Origin: Propionicimonas sp.
Lineage (GTDB): Bacteria; Actinomycetota; Actinomycetes; Propionibacteriales; Propionibacteriaceae
Length of the DNA stretch: 43,639 nucleotides
Direction of reading: 5' to 3'
Assembly: GCA_035433085.1 (NCBI GenBank)
Contig: DAORUI010000001.1
Location: 11,249-54,887, forward strand
Position numbers and translations under genes: made by a program
Shown: piece after piece, positions 9,728-18,935 of the stretch
Position numbering within the stretch: position 1 is the first letter of the stretch
Layout of the letters: every line of letters starts with the position of its first letter
Notes under the pieces: generated by a model
Seen by the model: the letters and a program-made list of their open reading frames with translations, nothing else
Told to the model about the DNA's origin: nothing
Databases searched by the model: none

Positions 9728-10738
9728 TCAGGCGCGGCCGAGGCCGATCTTCAGGTAGGCGGCGGCGAAGAGGCCCTGCTGCAGGACGGTGACGTAGCGC
9801 TCCACCTCAGTGCCCTGCTCGTGGCGCAGGTTCGAGATGAGCACGTCCTGGGCGAGGGCGTAGCGGCGCAGCCGATCACGCTCCTCCGCGGCGTGCTCGT
9901 CGTCCAGGCCGTCGTCCACGAGCACCAGGCCGGGACGGTGGTCGCTCGCCGACTCCTCGAACGGGTCGGCGAACGGGTCCCGACGCGGCACCTCGGTCAG
10001 GAGCGGGGCCAGCGCGCCGGCGTCCGCCGAAAGTACGACGCGCCCGCTCGCCGAACGCAGGGCCTCCGCAACGCGGCGGCTGGCCCGCGCGGCGAGGATC
10101 GAACCACCCCAGACCAGCGGCTGGGCATCGGCCAACTCAAGCGCCACGGCCTTGGCGGCGTTCTGGGTGGCATCGACCGACATGGACGATTCGAGCGCGA
10201 CCTCGTCCATCGCCGTGGCAATGGATTCGGCGTTCACCTGGGGGCCGAGCCCGAGCCGGCTCAGGGCCCCGAGCGCGACGATTGCTGCGGCCAGCGCGTC
10301 ACCGGTGGTAGTCGGCAGCAGCGTTGTCGCCGACGACGCGGATTCGCGGGCCAGCACGGAATCGGCCGGGCCGACCACCAGCAGCTGGCACCCCCGCCGC
10401 ACCGCTTCGAAAGCAGCGGCGAGGCTCGTCTTGTCACCGCCGCCCATCACCACGACGATGTCCAGCGGGCCGACCCACCCCGGTAGGCCCAACCTCGGCC
10501 AGGCCACCAACGGAACCGGACAGGTGGGTTCGAGTACGGCCCGCAGCAGCCGGGCCTCCGGCCCGAAGATGATCATCGCCCGAGGACGGTCGGCCACCCC
10601 AAGTTCCCGCAGCGGCACCTCGGCGGACGCCGCCTCGCGGCGCACCCGAGCGCCCGCTTCAGCCAACGGCCGCAGCAAGTGATCCGCCGCCCGCAGCGCG
10701 GTCACGTCCTCCAGGCGGGAGTCGTCGAACTCGTACAT
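9728..10738 (-). CDS. SIS-domain protein (TobH / bifunctional PGI-PMI-like)
   Basis: FDDSRLED, LAEAGARVR, LPGWVGPLD, NAAKAVALELADAQPLVWG; position downstream of PMM-Trm112. Confidence 0.78.
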   Translation of the reverse strand: MYEFDDSRLEDVTALRAADHLLRPLAEAGARVRREAASAEVPLRELGVADRPRAMIIFGPEARLLRAVLEPTCPVPLVAWPRLGLPGWVGPLDIVVVMGGGDKTSLAAAFEAVRRGCQLLVVGPADSVLARESASSATTLLPTTTGDALAAAIVALGALSRLGLGPQVNAESIATAMDEVALESSMSVDATQNAAKAVALELADAQPLVWGGSILAARASRRVAEALRSASGRVVLSADAGALAPLLTEVPRRDPFADPFEESASDHRPGLVLVDDGLDDEHAAEERDRLRRYALAQDVLISNLRHEQGTEVERYVTVLQQGLFAAAYLKIGLGRA

Positions 10739-10739
10739 C

Positions 10740-10931
10740 TCAGTCGGCCGGCACCCCGGGCCGGCGCGCCTCGTCGACCAGCAGGATCGGGATGCCATCC
10801 CGGATCGGGTAGGCCAGGCCGCACTCCGCCCCGGTGCACACCAGTTCGCGGGCCTCGTAGTCCAAGGCCAACTTGGTGTGGCACGACGGGCAGACCAGCA
10901 GGTCGAGCACCTCCGCGGGCAGATCGCTCAT
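10740..10931 (-). CDS. Trm112 family protein
   Basis: LDLLVCPSC...LVC...CGLAYPIRDGIPILLVDEAR; start overlaps the PMM stop. Confidence 0.9.
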   Translation of the reverse strand: MSDLPAEVLDLLVCPSCHTKLALDYEARELVCTGAECGLAYPIRDGIPILLVDEARRPGVPAD

Positions 10932-12283
10932 CAGCTGTCCTTTCGAATGATGGCCAGTGCCTCGTCTCGCAGGGACGCAACCGTCGCCGCGTCCCTGGCT
11001 TCGACATTGAGCCGGAGCAGGGGTTCGGTGTTGGATTCGCGGACGCTCAGCCACCAGCCGTCCCCGGTGACCAATAGGCCGTCGGTGAGGCTCAGCTCGC
11101 CGCGCCCAGTGAACGCCGCGGCCACTTCGGCCGTGATCTGCAAGGGATCGGCCACAGACGTGTTGAGTTCGCCCGACGCGGCGTACTGCGGCAGGCCGGC
11201 GACCAGGCTCGACATGGTCGCGTCGGCTCGACCGAGCATGGCGAGAACGTGCAGGCCCGCAAGCATGCCGGTGTCGGCACCCCAGAAGTCGCGGAAGTAG
11301 TAGTGCGCGGAGTGCTCGCCGCCGAAGATCGCGCCGTGCTGGGCCATCAACGCCTTCATCTTCGTGTGCCCGACGGCACTGATTGCCACCTTGCCACCGG
11401 CTGCGGCGACCACCTCGCCGACGGCCCGTGAGGTGATGGTGTTCACCACGATCGTGCCGCCCGGCTCGCGCGCGAGTTCAGCCTTCGCGATCAGTGCGGT
11501 GACCACCGAAGGATTGACCACCTCACCGCGCTCGTCGATGATGAAGCAGCGGTCGGCGTCCCCGTCGAAGACCAGCGCCAAGTCGGCGCCCGTCTCGCGG
11601 ACGGCACGCTGCGCGTCCACCAGGTTCGCCGGCTCAAGCGGGTTCGGCGGGTGGTTCGGGAAGCTGCCGTCCAGATCCATGTACAGGCCGATCACGTCGA
11701 CGTCCAGCGGCCCGAGCACGGCCGGTGTGGTCCAGCCCGCCATGCCGTTGCCGGCGTCGACCACGACCCTGAGCCGACGGGTGGTCGACAGGTCGACCAG
11801 CGAGTGCAGGTGCGCGGCGTAGGCACCGAGCAGGTCGAGCTCGCGGTAGTCGCCGCGGACGGCCGCGGGGGGCAACTCGGCCCCGGAGAGCTCGACGATG
11901 CGAGCCATCAGGTCAGGTGTGATCGGGGCCGCGTCGGGCAGGCAGAACTTGATGCCGTTGTAGCCGGCTGGATTGTGGGACGCGGTGAACTGCACGCCCG
12001 GGCGGTGGGTGTGACCGGACGCGAACCAGAGCTGGTCGGTGCTCGCCAAGCCCACGTCGATCACGGTGGCGCCCTGGTCGCGGGCGCCGTCGGCGAAGGC
12101 GAGGCTGAGTTCGCGTCCGCCGGCCCGCATGTCGCGTCCGAGCACGAAGTCGGAGCCGGCGAGTTCGAACGCCACGGCGAAGGCTGCACCGATCGCTCTG
12201 GCGCCTCCGGCATCCCATTCGGGGCGCTCCCCGGCCACCAGGCCACGGATGTCGTTGGCTTTGAACACCTGGGGCTGAATCAC
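10931..12283 (-). CDS. manB: Phosphomannomutase/phosphoglucomutase
   Basis: FKANDIRG, TASHNP, FDGDADR, GGEHSAH, SNTEPLLRLNVE. Confidence 0.93.
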   Translation of the reverse strand: MIQPQVFKANDIRGLVAGERPEWDAGGARAIGAAFAVAFELAGSDFVLGRDMRAGGRELSLAFADGARDQGATVIDVGLASTDQLWFASGHTHRPGVQFTASHNPAGYNGIKFCLPDAAPITPDLMARIVELSGAELPPAAVRGDYRELDLLGAYAAHLHSLVDLSTTRRLRVVVDAGNGMAGWTTPAVLGPLDVDVIGLYMDLDGSFPNHPPNPLEPANLVDAQRAVRETGADLALVFDGDADRCFIIDERGEVVNPSVVTALIAKAELAREPGGTIVVNTITSRAVGEVVAAAGGKVAISAVGHTKMKALMAQHGAIFGGEHSAHYYFRDFWGADTGMLAGLHVLAMLGRADATMSSLVAGLPQYAASGELNTSVADPLQITAEVAAAFTGRGELSLTDGLLVTGDGWWLSVRESNTEPLLRLNVEARDAATVASLRDEALAIIRKDS

Positions 12284-12311
12284 AGCTGCGAGCCTAGCGT
12301 GCGCACCCGAC

Positions 12312-12656
12312 TCACTGCGGGTCGGCGAGGACGGCCAGATGGCCCTTACGACGGCTCACGTTCGGCTCAGGGACGGCCGCGCTCTCCCCCAGACCGACTT
12401 TGCGCACGGCATCGGCCAGCGCCATGAGATCGTCGGTGGACGCGCGCGGGCTGTCCAGGTCACCGGGCAGGCGGATGACCTCCCACCCCAGGGGTGCGCT
12501 GAGCCGTTCCGAATGCCCGCGGCACAAGTCGTAGGTGCCCGGTTCGGCCCGCAGGGCCAGCGGCCCCAGCACCGCCATCGAATCGACATAGACGAAGGTG
12601 AGCGTGGCGACCGCGGAGGCCGGGCATGCGGTTCGCGAGCAGCGCCGGTTGATCAC
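12312..12656 (-). CDS. DUF3499 family protein
   Basis: RRCSRTAC, AVATLTFVY, YDLCRGHSERLSAPLGWEVIR, DDLMALADAVR. Confidence 0.88.
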   Translation of the reverse strand: MINRRCSRTACPASAVATLTFVYVDSMAVLGPLALRAEPGTYDLCRGHSERLSAPLGWEVIRLPGDLDSPRASTDDLMALADAVRKVGLGESAAVPEPNVSRRKGHLAVLADPQ

Positions 12657-12743
12657 GGCGCAAACCTACCGCCGAGCCGTGCCGATCCGTGGTAGCCGCG
12701 ACGGTGTGGTCAGTGGTCCGCCGGGCGACGTTAGGCTGGTCGC

Positions 12744-13181
12744 ATGAGACGGCGGGAGCGGCACGGACGCGGACTGCGCGGTCCCCTGGCTGCGCCGAAC
12801 CCGCTAAGTGGCGGGCCCATGCCGGTACGCCGCCCGGCGCGCGGAGTCGACTTCTTCGCAGAGTGCCTGCGCGCGTCCGTGGCTCGGACCGCCACCGCTT
12901 GTCCGCGGGCCGTGGCCGGGATCGACATCGGTTTCGAAGAGGTGCCGAGCAACCTCGCGGCCTGGCGCAACGAACTGGTGCCACTGGCCGCTGCGGTTCC
13001 CGCCAATGGCGGCGAGAACGGCAGGGTGATCCTGTTCCGCCGTCCGCTGGAACTCCGCGCCGACTCGCGCGCAGAGCTGCGAAACCTTGTTCATCGCGCC
13101 CTGGTCGAGCAACTCTCCGCGCTCACCGGCATCGGCCTCGACGAACTCGACCCCCCGGGGTTCCGCGCGGACTGGAACTGA
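12744..13181 (+). CDS. Zincin-like metallopeptidase family protein (no HExxH)
   Basis: RRERHGRGLRGPL, ILFRRPLELR, VHRALVEQL; divergent from DUF3499 as usual at this locus. Confidence 0.78.
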   Translation: MRRRERHGRGLRGPLAAPNPLSGGPMPVRRPARGVDFFAECLRASVARTATACPRAVAGIDIGFEEVPSNLAAWRNELVPLAAAVPANGGENGRVILFRRPLELRADSRAELRNLVHRALVEQLSALTGIGLDELDPPGFRADWN

Positions 13182-13398
13182 ACCCGGCGCATGCCTTCGA
13201 CCGGTGAGCAAAGAACCGGACGCGCCGCACCAGCCCGCGCGACCCTCACCGAGAGCCTCCCTTGCTCGTCGAGAGCCTCCACTTCGGTCGAGGGCCCGCG
13301 CGCCCGTACGGGCTGATGGCCGAAACGGGGGCTGTCAGTGCGGAAGGGAGGCTCTCGATGTGGTGAGAGTCGTTTCTGCCCAAGTTCCAGAGTCATCC

Positions 13399-13462
13399 CG
13401 AGTCAGCTGCACCCGTCGAGTCAGCTGCCCCGTCGAGTCAGCTGCCCCGTCGAGTCAGCTGC
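13399..13462. repeat. 17-bp tandem repeat (about 4 copies) overlapping a stop codon
   Basis: CGAGTCAGCTGC at 13399, 13417, 13434 and 13451. Confidence 0.9.
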
Positions 13463-14825
13463 CGAGCCTGGGGTCGAACGCCACCGACGCCGAACTGGTG
13501 CCCGACTCCTGGTCGGCGAGGGGCCAGACGGTGAGGCCCTGCACCTTGCCGAGCTTGCGGGTGACGACCAGTGCGCCGCGCACCACGTCCGACTCGGTCC
13601 GGATGCGGACGGTGTTGGTGGCGGCCTGCTCCAACGGCACCTGGACTTCGACACCGGCCGGGATCGCGACCTCCTGCGGGTCGCCGACGTTCTCAGCGAC
13701 GCCCAGGGTTACCGTCACCTTCACCTCGGCAGCGGACGGGTTGGCCAACGCGAGCACCGAGGACGCCTTCTTGCCCGCAGCCAGCGGCCACACCGAATCG
13801 GACGGTAGCGGCGGCGCGGCCGCGCTGAACGCCGGATCGTGCTTCGTCTCGGAACTGCCGGTGTCCTGCAGCACAGCAGCAGTCACCGGTTGAACAGAGG
13901 TCAGGGTCAGCGCGACCGCCTGTCCGCCGAGTCCGGTGGTGAGATCGAGAACCCGGGTGGTCTCCGCGGGTACCTCCAACTGCTCGGCGCCGGCGACCAC
14001 GCCCGGCCCGGACGCTCCAAGGAATCCTACGGTGACCGTCGTCGTGCGCTCGTTCGGGTTGGCGACGACCAGCCGGCGTGCTCCCGCTCCCGCGGCGAGC
14101 CCAGGGATCACGTGCTCGGTCGCCGGATCGGAGGCGGCGGCGAGCCAATCGCCGCCCAGTGAGGTTTCGCCCGACCACGAGCGCTGCCGCAGGAAGGCTG
14201 CGAACCTGCCGTCCGAACTGCTGGCCGCGATGGTGATCGGGTCGCCGCCACGCGGCAGGCCGCTCAATGAGATCGCCTCGGCCGCGTTGCCGGCGACTTC
14301 GACTCCGCGGGGCGCTGCGATGCGTCCGTCCGGTCCGTAGGCGGTCAGGTCGATCGAGGCAGCGGTGCCGTCCAGGTTCACCACGACCAGGTCGGCCTGG
14401 GCCTCGGTGCGCACGTCCACTCCGGCGAACCAGTGATCGGTTCGCGGCGAGACACAACCGGCGGCGGAGATGCCCCGGGCCGGGCCGTCCGTGGCGGTGA
14501 CGAAGGTGCTCCCGCCGAACGGGTCGGGCAGCAGCGCGGACACCCGGACGGGCTCAGCCGCGTCCTTGAGTACCTGGAACTGCCCAGCGCTGGAGGCGTT
14601 GCCGGCAGCGGACAGCTTCGTCACCTGCAGCCCGCTGCCGGTCGCCGTAGCCACCACCTGCAGACTGGCGGTCGCTGAGGAGAACGCCGGGCAGACCAGC
14701 GACACGCGAGCCGGGGCTGCCGTGACCCGCTGCTCGGGAACGGGCCGGGCGGCCACGAACGTGGTGGCGATCGTGGCCAGCGTGACGGCTCCGATGACCG
14801 TCCCGGGAAGCAGCCAGCGGTTCAC
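13455..14825 (-). CDS. DUF5719-like secreted/membrane-anchored protein
   Basis: N-terminal TM helix, LVCP, GC..P...WFAG, repeated LVVxNP beta modules; overlaps the GT2 stop. Confidence 0.75.
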   Translation of the reverse strand: MNRWLLPGTVIGAVTLATIATTFVAARPVPEQRVTAAPARVSLVCPAFSSATASLQVVATATGSGLQVTKLSAAGNASSAGQFQVLKDAAEPVRVSALLPDPFGGSTFVTATDGPARGISAAGCVSPRTDHWFAGVDVRTEAQADLVVVNLDGTAASIDLTAYGPDGRIAAPRGVEVAGNAAEAISLSGLPRGGDPITIAASSSDGRFAAFLRQRSWSGETSLGGDWLAAASDPATEHVIPGLAAGAGARRLVVANPNERTTTVTVGFLGASGPGVVAGAEQLEVPAETTRVLDLTTGLGGQAVALTLTSVQPVTAAVLQDTGSSETKHDPAFSAAAPPLPSDSVWPLAAGKKASSVLALANPSAAEVKVTVTLGVAENVGDPQEVAIPAGVEVQVPLEQAATNTVRIRTESDVVRGALVVTRKLGKVQGLTVWPLADQESGTSSASVAFDPRLGS

Positions 14826-17764
14826 TGGGCACCCCCGGCCGCGCGTCGGGGACCCAGTTCCTCACGCCGGCGGACGGACGGCGCCGCCAGCACACCGAGC
14901 AGTCCCAACCCGGCGAGCTGCGCCCAGCTCCAGGCCGAAGACCCGGCAGCGAGCTTGATCGACACCGGCCCGGACGCCGCACCCAGGGCGAACTGCACTC
15001 CTGGTTCCCCACCCGCAGTCATGGTCAGTGGCGTGTTCCCCACCTGCACCAACCAGCGCGGGTCGCTCGGTTGGGCGAGCCGCAGCACGCGATCGGCCGA
15101 ACCGGTGGCGACCACCTGGCCGTTACCGGTCACCTGTCGATCGGTTCCGTCGACCACCAAGGCGATGCTCGAGTCGGGCACCGGCCAGACGAACTGGGTG
15201 GCGTTCCCGGTACCCAGGCCGAGGCCGGGCACGTTGTCGATGGCGAGCCGCTGCCCACCGTCCCCGCCGGTGAGCACCACGTTCGCCACTCCGAGGCTCA
15301 CCAGGTCGGGCAGGAGTTGATCGTCGGCACTGTCGCCGATCAGCCGGGCCGCCACCGAGGCGGCCAACTGGTGTGCGGCCGCGTCCCCACTGAAGGCGAT
15401 CCCGCGTTCAGCGTCGCCGAGCCGAGCGAAGTCGTCCTCAAGCAACACCCAGGACACGTGGTCACCGACCGGCTCCAAGTAGAGCGTGCGTGCCGGGGTC
15501 GCCGATTCCTGGGCGTTCTGGACGAAGGCTGGGACGACCCCCACCGGGCTGCGGGTCAGCCCGGTCTGGCCCGCGAGCACCCACCAGCCGGCACCGACCG
15601 CGATCGCCACCGCCCCGAACACCGCCAGGCCGAGGGTGGCCACGTGGCGCATGCCAAGGTCGTGGCCCTGGAGTTCGACCAGCATCCCGTCGAGCCCGAC
15701 GCACGCAGCAAGCACCAGCGCGGCCACCAGGGCCAACTGCCATTCCAACCCCTGCGGACGCACCCAGGCGCCCGGGGGCACCTCCACGACCGCGCGGGTC
15801 AACACCATCGCCACCACCGCTACCGCACCGGCGCTCAGCAGGGCTGGCCCGGCAGCGCCCGGACGCCGCGCAGCACCGACCACGGCCGCCAGCCAGCACG
15901 CGGCGAAGAACAGGATCGAGACCCACAGCGGCGGCGCCGCTGCCAGCGTGCGTCCGATCAGTACGGTCCAGGGCTCGGGTGCAGCGGTAGGGGCCAACGC
16001 CGGCTCGGTGCCGGTCAGTAACCTGCCCGGGTAGCGCAGCAGCGTGGCTCCCCAGCCGCCGATCAACAGCACCCCTGGCGCGATCAGGACAAGTGCCCAC
16101 TGCGCCCAGGCCTGGAGGCGACCCGCGCGGGCGGAGGTCCAGATCGCAGTGCCGAGCGCGACCATCCAGAACGCCGGCACCAGCGCGCAGGCCAGCAGCA
16201 GCCAGAACGCGACCGCACCGGCCCTGCGCCATGACCATCGTTCGTCCACCAGCCATCGCCACGCGCTGTAGCCGAGGATCGGCACCAGGATCGTCGTTGC
16301 CGCAAGGCCGAACGCCCCGGCGTTCAGGCCCCCCAGCACGGCCGGCGCGAGTGCGTAGGCCAGCGCGCCGAGACCGGCGAGTCGGCGGTCGGTGACCAGT
16401 TGGCGCAGCAGCCGGAAGGCCACCAGCCAGGCCAGCGGCACAGCGAACAGCAGGGTTCCGGTCACCAGCCATTCGGGGTTCCCCAGCGTCACCAGCGAGA
16501 AGATGCCTGCGAGTGCGGTCCAGGGCGCGCCACTGCTGCCGGCGGCACCCGCGACCGGCGCGAGGTAGGAGTCCAGAAGTTGCGTCCAGCTCGCCGGTGC
16601 AGCGAGCAGCTGGGGTGCGGTCAGCGAACCGGTACCGAAGCTGCCCCGCCCCGCCACCAGGGCACCGACCAGCAGCACCAGCAATCCGGACGCAGCCAAG
16701 GGCAACGCGTACTTCGACGACCCGGTCTCGGCGAACTCGTCGCCGGTCATCTCGTCCAGACTCACCCCGCCCGAACGCCCGGTGAAGGTGCGGACCCAGT
16801 CGGCGAACCGCGCAGCGACCTGCTCGGTCGCCCGACGCAGTCCCGTCCAGCGCTTGGGACGCAGTGCCTGCGTCTCGCGGCGAGCCTCCGGTTTGATCGG
16901 CAGGGACGCGACCCGGTCGGCGATGCCGCGGCGTAGCTTGCCGTTGCCCAGCCACCGGACGAGGCCGCGCACCTCGTCCCCGGCGCGCTGCGGATCCTTG
17001 CCCAGCAGCAGGCCGAATGCAGTGAGCAGCGTGCCCGCGATGAGCCGCAGCATGGTGAGCCATCGGAGGGCGGGTGGAGTATTGCCCGAGACCAGGGCCA
17101 ACCCGGCCGCCTTCTCGTCAGCCTCGTCGCCGAACGCGGAGTGGTCCACGAACTGGGCCCGCGGCTCGGCGACCACCCGGTAGCCGGCCAGGTTGGCCCG
17201 CCAACCGAAATCGAGGCCCCAGAGGCTGCGCGGCAGGTCCTGGTTGAGACCACCGAGGAAGCGCCACGCGTCACCGCGCACGAGCATTCCCCCGGCCGGC
17301 ACTCCGAGCGCGCGGACGGCGTCCAGTTGGCCCTGGTAGAACTCGCCGGGGTCGGTGAGCGGACGCACCCGGCCGCTCTTGGTGATGGTCTGGGCCCAGT
17401 CGCTGATGATCGTGCCCGCGCCGCGGCGGCGCGGTTCCACCAGTAGGGCACCCACCACTGCGGTGTCAGGCTCGGCACGCACCCGGTCGAGAAGTGCGGT
17501 GAGCGATCCTTCGGTGGTCTCGGTGTCGTCGGGTAGCACCCAGATCCAGTCGCCGTCCGCGTCGCCGGGCAGATCGTCGCGAACCTGTACCTCGATCGGC
17601 AGATCTTCAAGGGCATCGCGGCGACGCTGGTGGTACGGCTCACCACGAATGGGCAGCACGCCGGCGACGATGCGGAAGGAGCTGTAGTCAGGTGGCGCCG
17701 AGGTGCGCGCGGCGTGCAGCCAGGCCCAAGGGTCCTCGTAGGACTGACCCGTGCCGTCGCTCAC
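14822..17764 (-). CDS. Large GT2-like glycosyltransferase with multi-TM domain
   Basis: WIWVLPDD, GGMLVR, DFGWRANLAGYRV, then many TM helices; downstream of whiB. Confidence 0.8.
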   Translation of the reverse strand: MSDGTGQSYEDPWAWLHAARTSAPPDYSSFRIVAGVLPIRGEPYHQRRRDALEDLPIEVQVRDDLPGDADGDWIWVLPDDTETTEGSLTALLDRVRAEPDTAVVGALLVEPRRRGAGTIISDWAQTITKSGRVRPLTDPGEFYQGQLDAVRALGVPAGGMLVRGDAWRFLGGLNQDLPRSLWGLDFGWRANLAGYRVVAEPRAQFVDHSAFGDEADEKAAGLALVSGNTPPALRWLTMLRLIAGTLLTAFGLLLGKDPQRAGDEVRGLVRWLGNGKLRRGIADRVASLPIKPEARRETQALRPKRWTGLRRATEQVAARFADWVRTFTGRSGGVSLDEMTGDEFAETGSSKYALPLAASGLLVLLVGALVAGRGSFGTGSLTAPQLLAAPASWTQLLDSYLAPVAGAAGSSGAPWTALAGIFSLVTLGNPEWLVTGTLLFAVPLAWLVAFRLLRQLVTDRRLAGLGALAYALAPAVLGGLNAGAFGLAATTILVPILGYSAWRWLVDERWSWRRAGAVAFWLLLACALVPAFWMVALGTAIWTSARAGRLQAWAQWALVLIAPGVLLIGGWGATLLRYPGRLLTGTEPALAPTAAPEPWTVLIGRTLAAAPPLWVSILFFAACWLAAVVGAARRPGAAGPALLSAGAVAVVAMVLTRAVVEVPPGAWVRPQGLEWQLALVAALVLAACVGLDGMLVELQGHDLGMRHVATLGLAVFGAVAIAVGAGWWVLAGQTGLTRSPVGVVPAFVQNAQESATPARTLYLEPVGDHVSWVLLEDDFARLGDAERGIAFSGDAAAHQLAASVAARLIGDSADDQLLPDLVSLGVANVVLTGGDGGQRLAIDNVPGLGLGTGNATQFVWPVPDSSIALVVDGTDRQVTGNGQVVATGSADRVLRLAQPSDPRWLVQVGNTPLTMTAGGEPGVQFALGAASGPVSIKLAAGSSAWSWAQLAGLGLLGVLAAPSVRRREELGPRRAAGGAQ

Positions 17765-17843
17765 GCTCCACCTTTCGCCCGGTCATCGACGCCGACCGGA
17801 GGCTCAGCCTACCCTCGGGCTACTTCGTTGCCCGGCGGGCCGA

Positions 17844-18104
17844 TCAGATGGCCCGCTTCTTGACCCGACGGCGTTCGCGCTCACTGAGCCCGCCCCAGAT
17901 GCCGAAACGCTCGTCATTGGCGAGCGCGTACTCCAGGCACTCGGCGCGGACATCGCAGGAAAGGCAGACCTTCTTGGCCTCTCGGGTCGAACCGCCCTTC
18001 TCGGGGAAGAACGCCTCCGGATCCGTCTGGGCGCACAGGGCGCGGTCCTGCCAGCCCAGTAGGCCATCGGCCTCGGCTTCCACGACAAGGAACAGTTCCT
18101 GCAT
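17844..18104 (-). CDS. whiB: WhiB (WhiB2-type) Fe-S transcriptional regulator
   Basis: WQDRALCAQTDPEAFFPEKGGSTREAKKVC..C....CLEYAL...ERFGIWGGLSERERR. Confidence 0.95.
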   Translation of the reverse strand: MQELFLVVEAEADGLLGWQDRALCAQTDPEAFFPEKGGSTREAKKVCLSCDVRAECLEYALANDERFGIWGGLSERERRRVKKRAI

Positions 18105-18159
18105 CCGACATCTCCTCGACCCACGCCCGCGTCGACGATCCGCGAACTACTTGTCGAGA

Positions 18160-18189
18160 ATTACACGCCTGTCATTCGCGATAAGTCAA
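18160..18189 (-). promoter_or_regulatory. Putative whiB promoter
   Basis: Minus strand TTGACT-N18-TGTAAT upstream of whiB. Confidence 0.45.
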
Positions 18190-18251
18190 CCCCAATGCAC
18201 TACCATCCGGCACCCGGTTCGGATCAGCCTTGCGCTGAGGCAATTCCCGAC

Positions 18252-18884
18252 TCAGTTGGTTGGCTCCACGACATCGCCGTTCGGAGTGCCGCTGATGCGG
18301 CTTGCGCCGGGTGCGCCGGACGCGGCCTCGTCCGCAGTTCGCCAGACCGCGCCGGCGGCTTCACCGCGCTGCCAGGTGGTCGCGGTGTCGCTGGCGATCG
18401 GTTCCACCTCAGCAGGCAGTTGAGCCGTCACCGCGGACGGCGTGTCGATACGTCCGGCGTTCACGCCGCGGACGAGCACCCACAGCGACCCCGCTGCCAG
18501 CGCCTTGATCAGCAGGTCGAGAAAGCCACCGAGGAACTCCAGCACCACGGCGAGAGTGTTAGCGCTGGCCGCGATTCCAAGCCCCCAGCAGACCAGCGTC
18601 AACGCCGCGCCGATGCTCAGCACCCAGGCGGCCACCTTGGTCACCGCCAGGGCATGCCTGGTGGCCGGCGCGATGAAGAAGCAGACGCACACCAGCACCA
18701 CTACCGCCAGCACGAGCGATACGTTCATCAGCGAAGCACCGATCTCGGCGAATGCGATGGGGACGGGCACGTCGGCCACCAACTGCAGCACAAGTTGCAC
18801 CATGCCGAGCACGATGTTCGCCGCCACGATGGCGATCACCGCCCAGGTGAGCGGCTCACGAATGCGTTTCAGATTCTCGATCAT
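18252..18884 (-). CDS. Hypothetical membrane protein
   Basis: About 4 TM helices, SD GGAGG before ATG, C-terminal WxxxxAAGAVWRTA. Confidence 0.75.
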   Translation of the reverse strand: MIENLKRIREPLTWAVIAIVAANIVLGMVQLVLQLVADVPVPIAFAEIGASLMNVSLVLAVVVLVCVCFFIAPATRHALAVTKVAAWVLSIGAALTLVCWGLGIAASANTLAVVLEFLGGFLDLLIKALAAGSLWVLVRGVNAGRIDTPSAVTAQLPAEVEPIASDTATTWQRGEAAGAVWRTADEAASGAPGASRISGTPNGDVVEPTN

Positions 18885-18935
18885 GCTGTCCTCCAGTTGT
18901 CCCCAGCAGCCTATCGAGGGACTCGGACACGTGGC

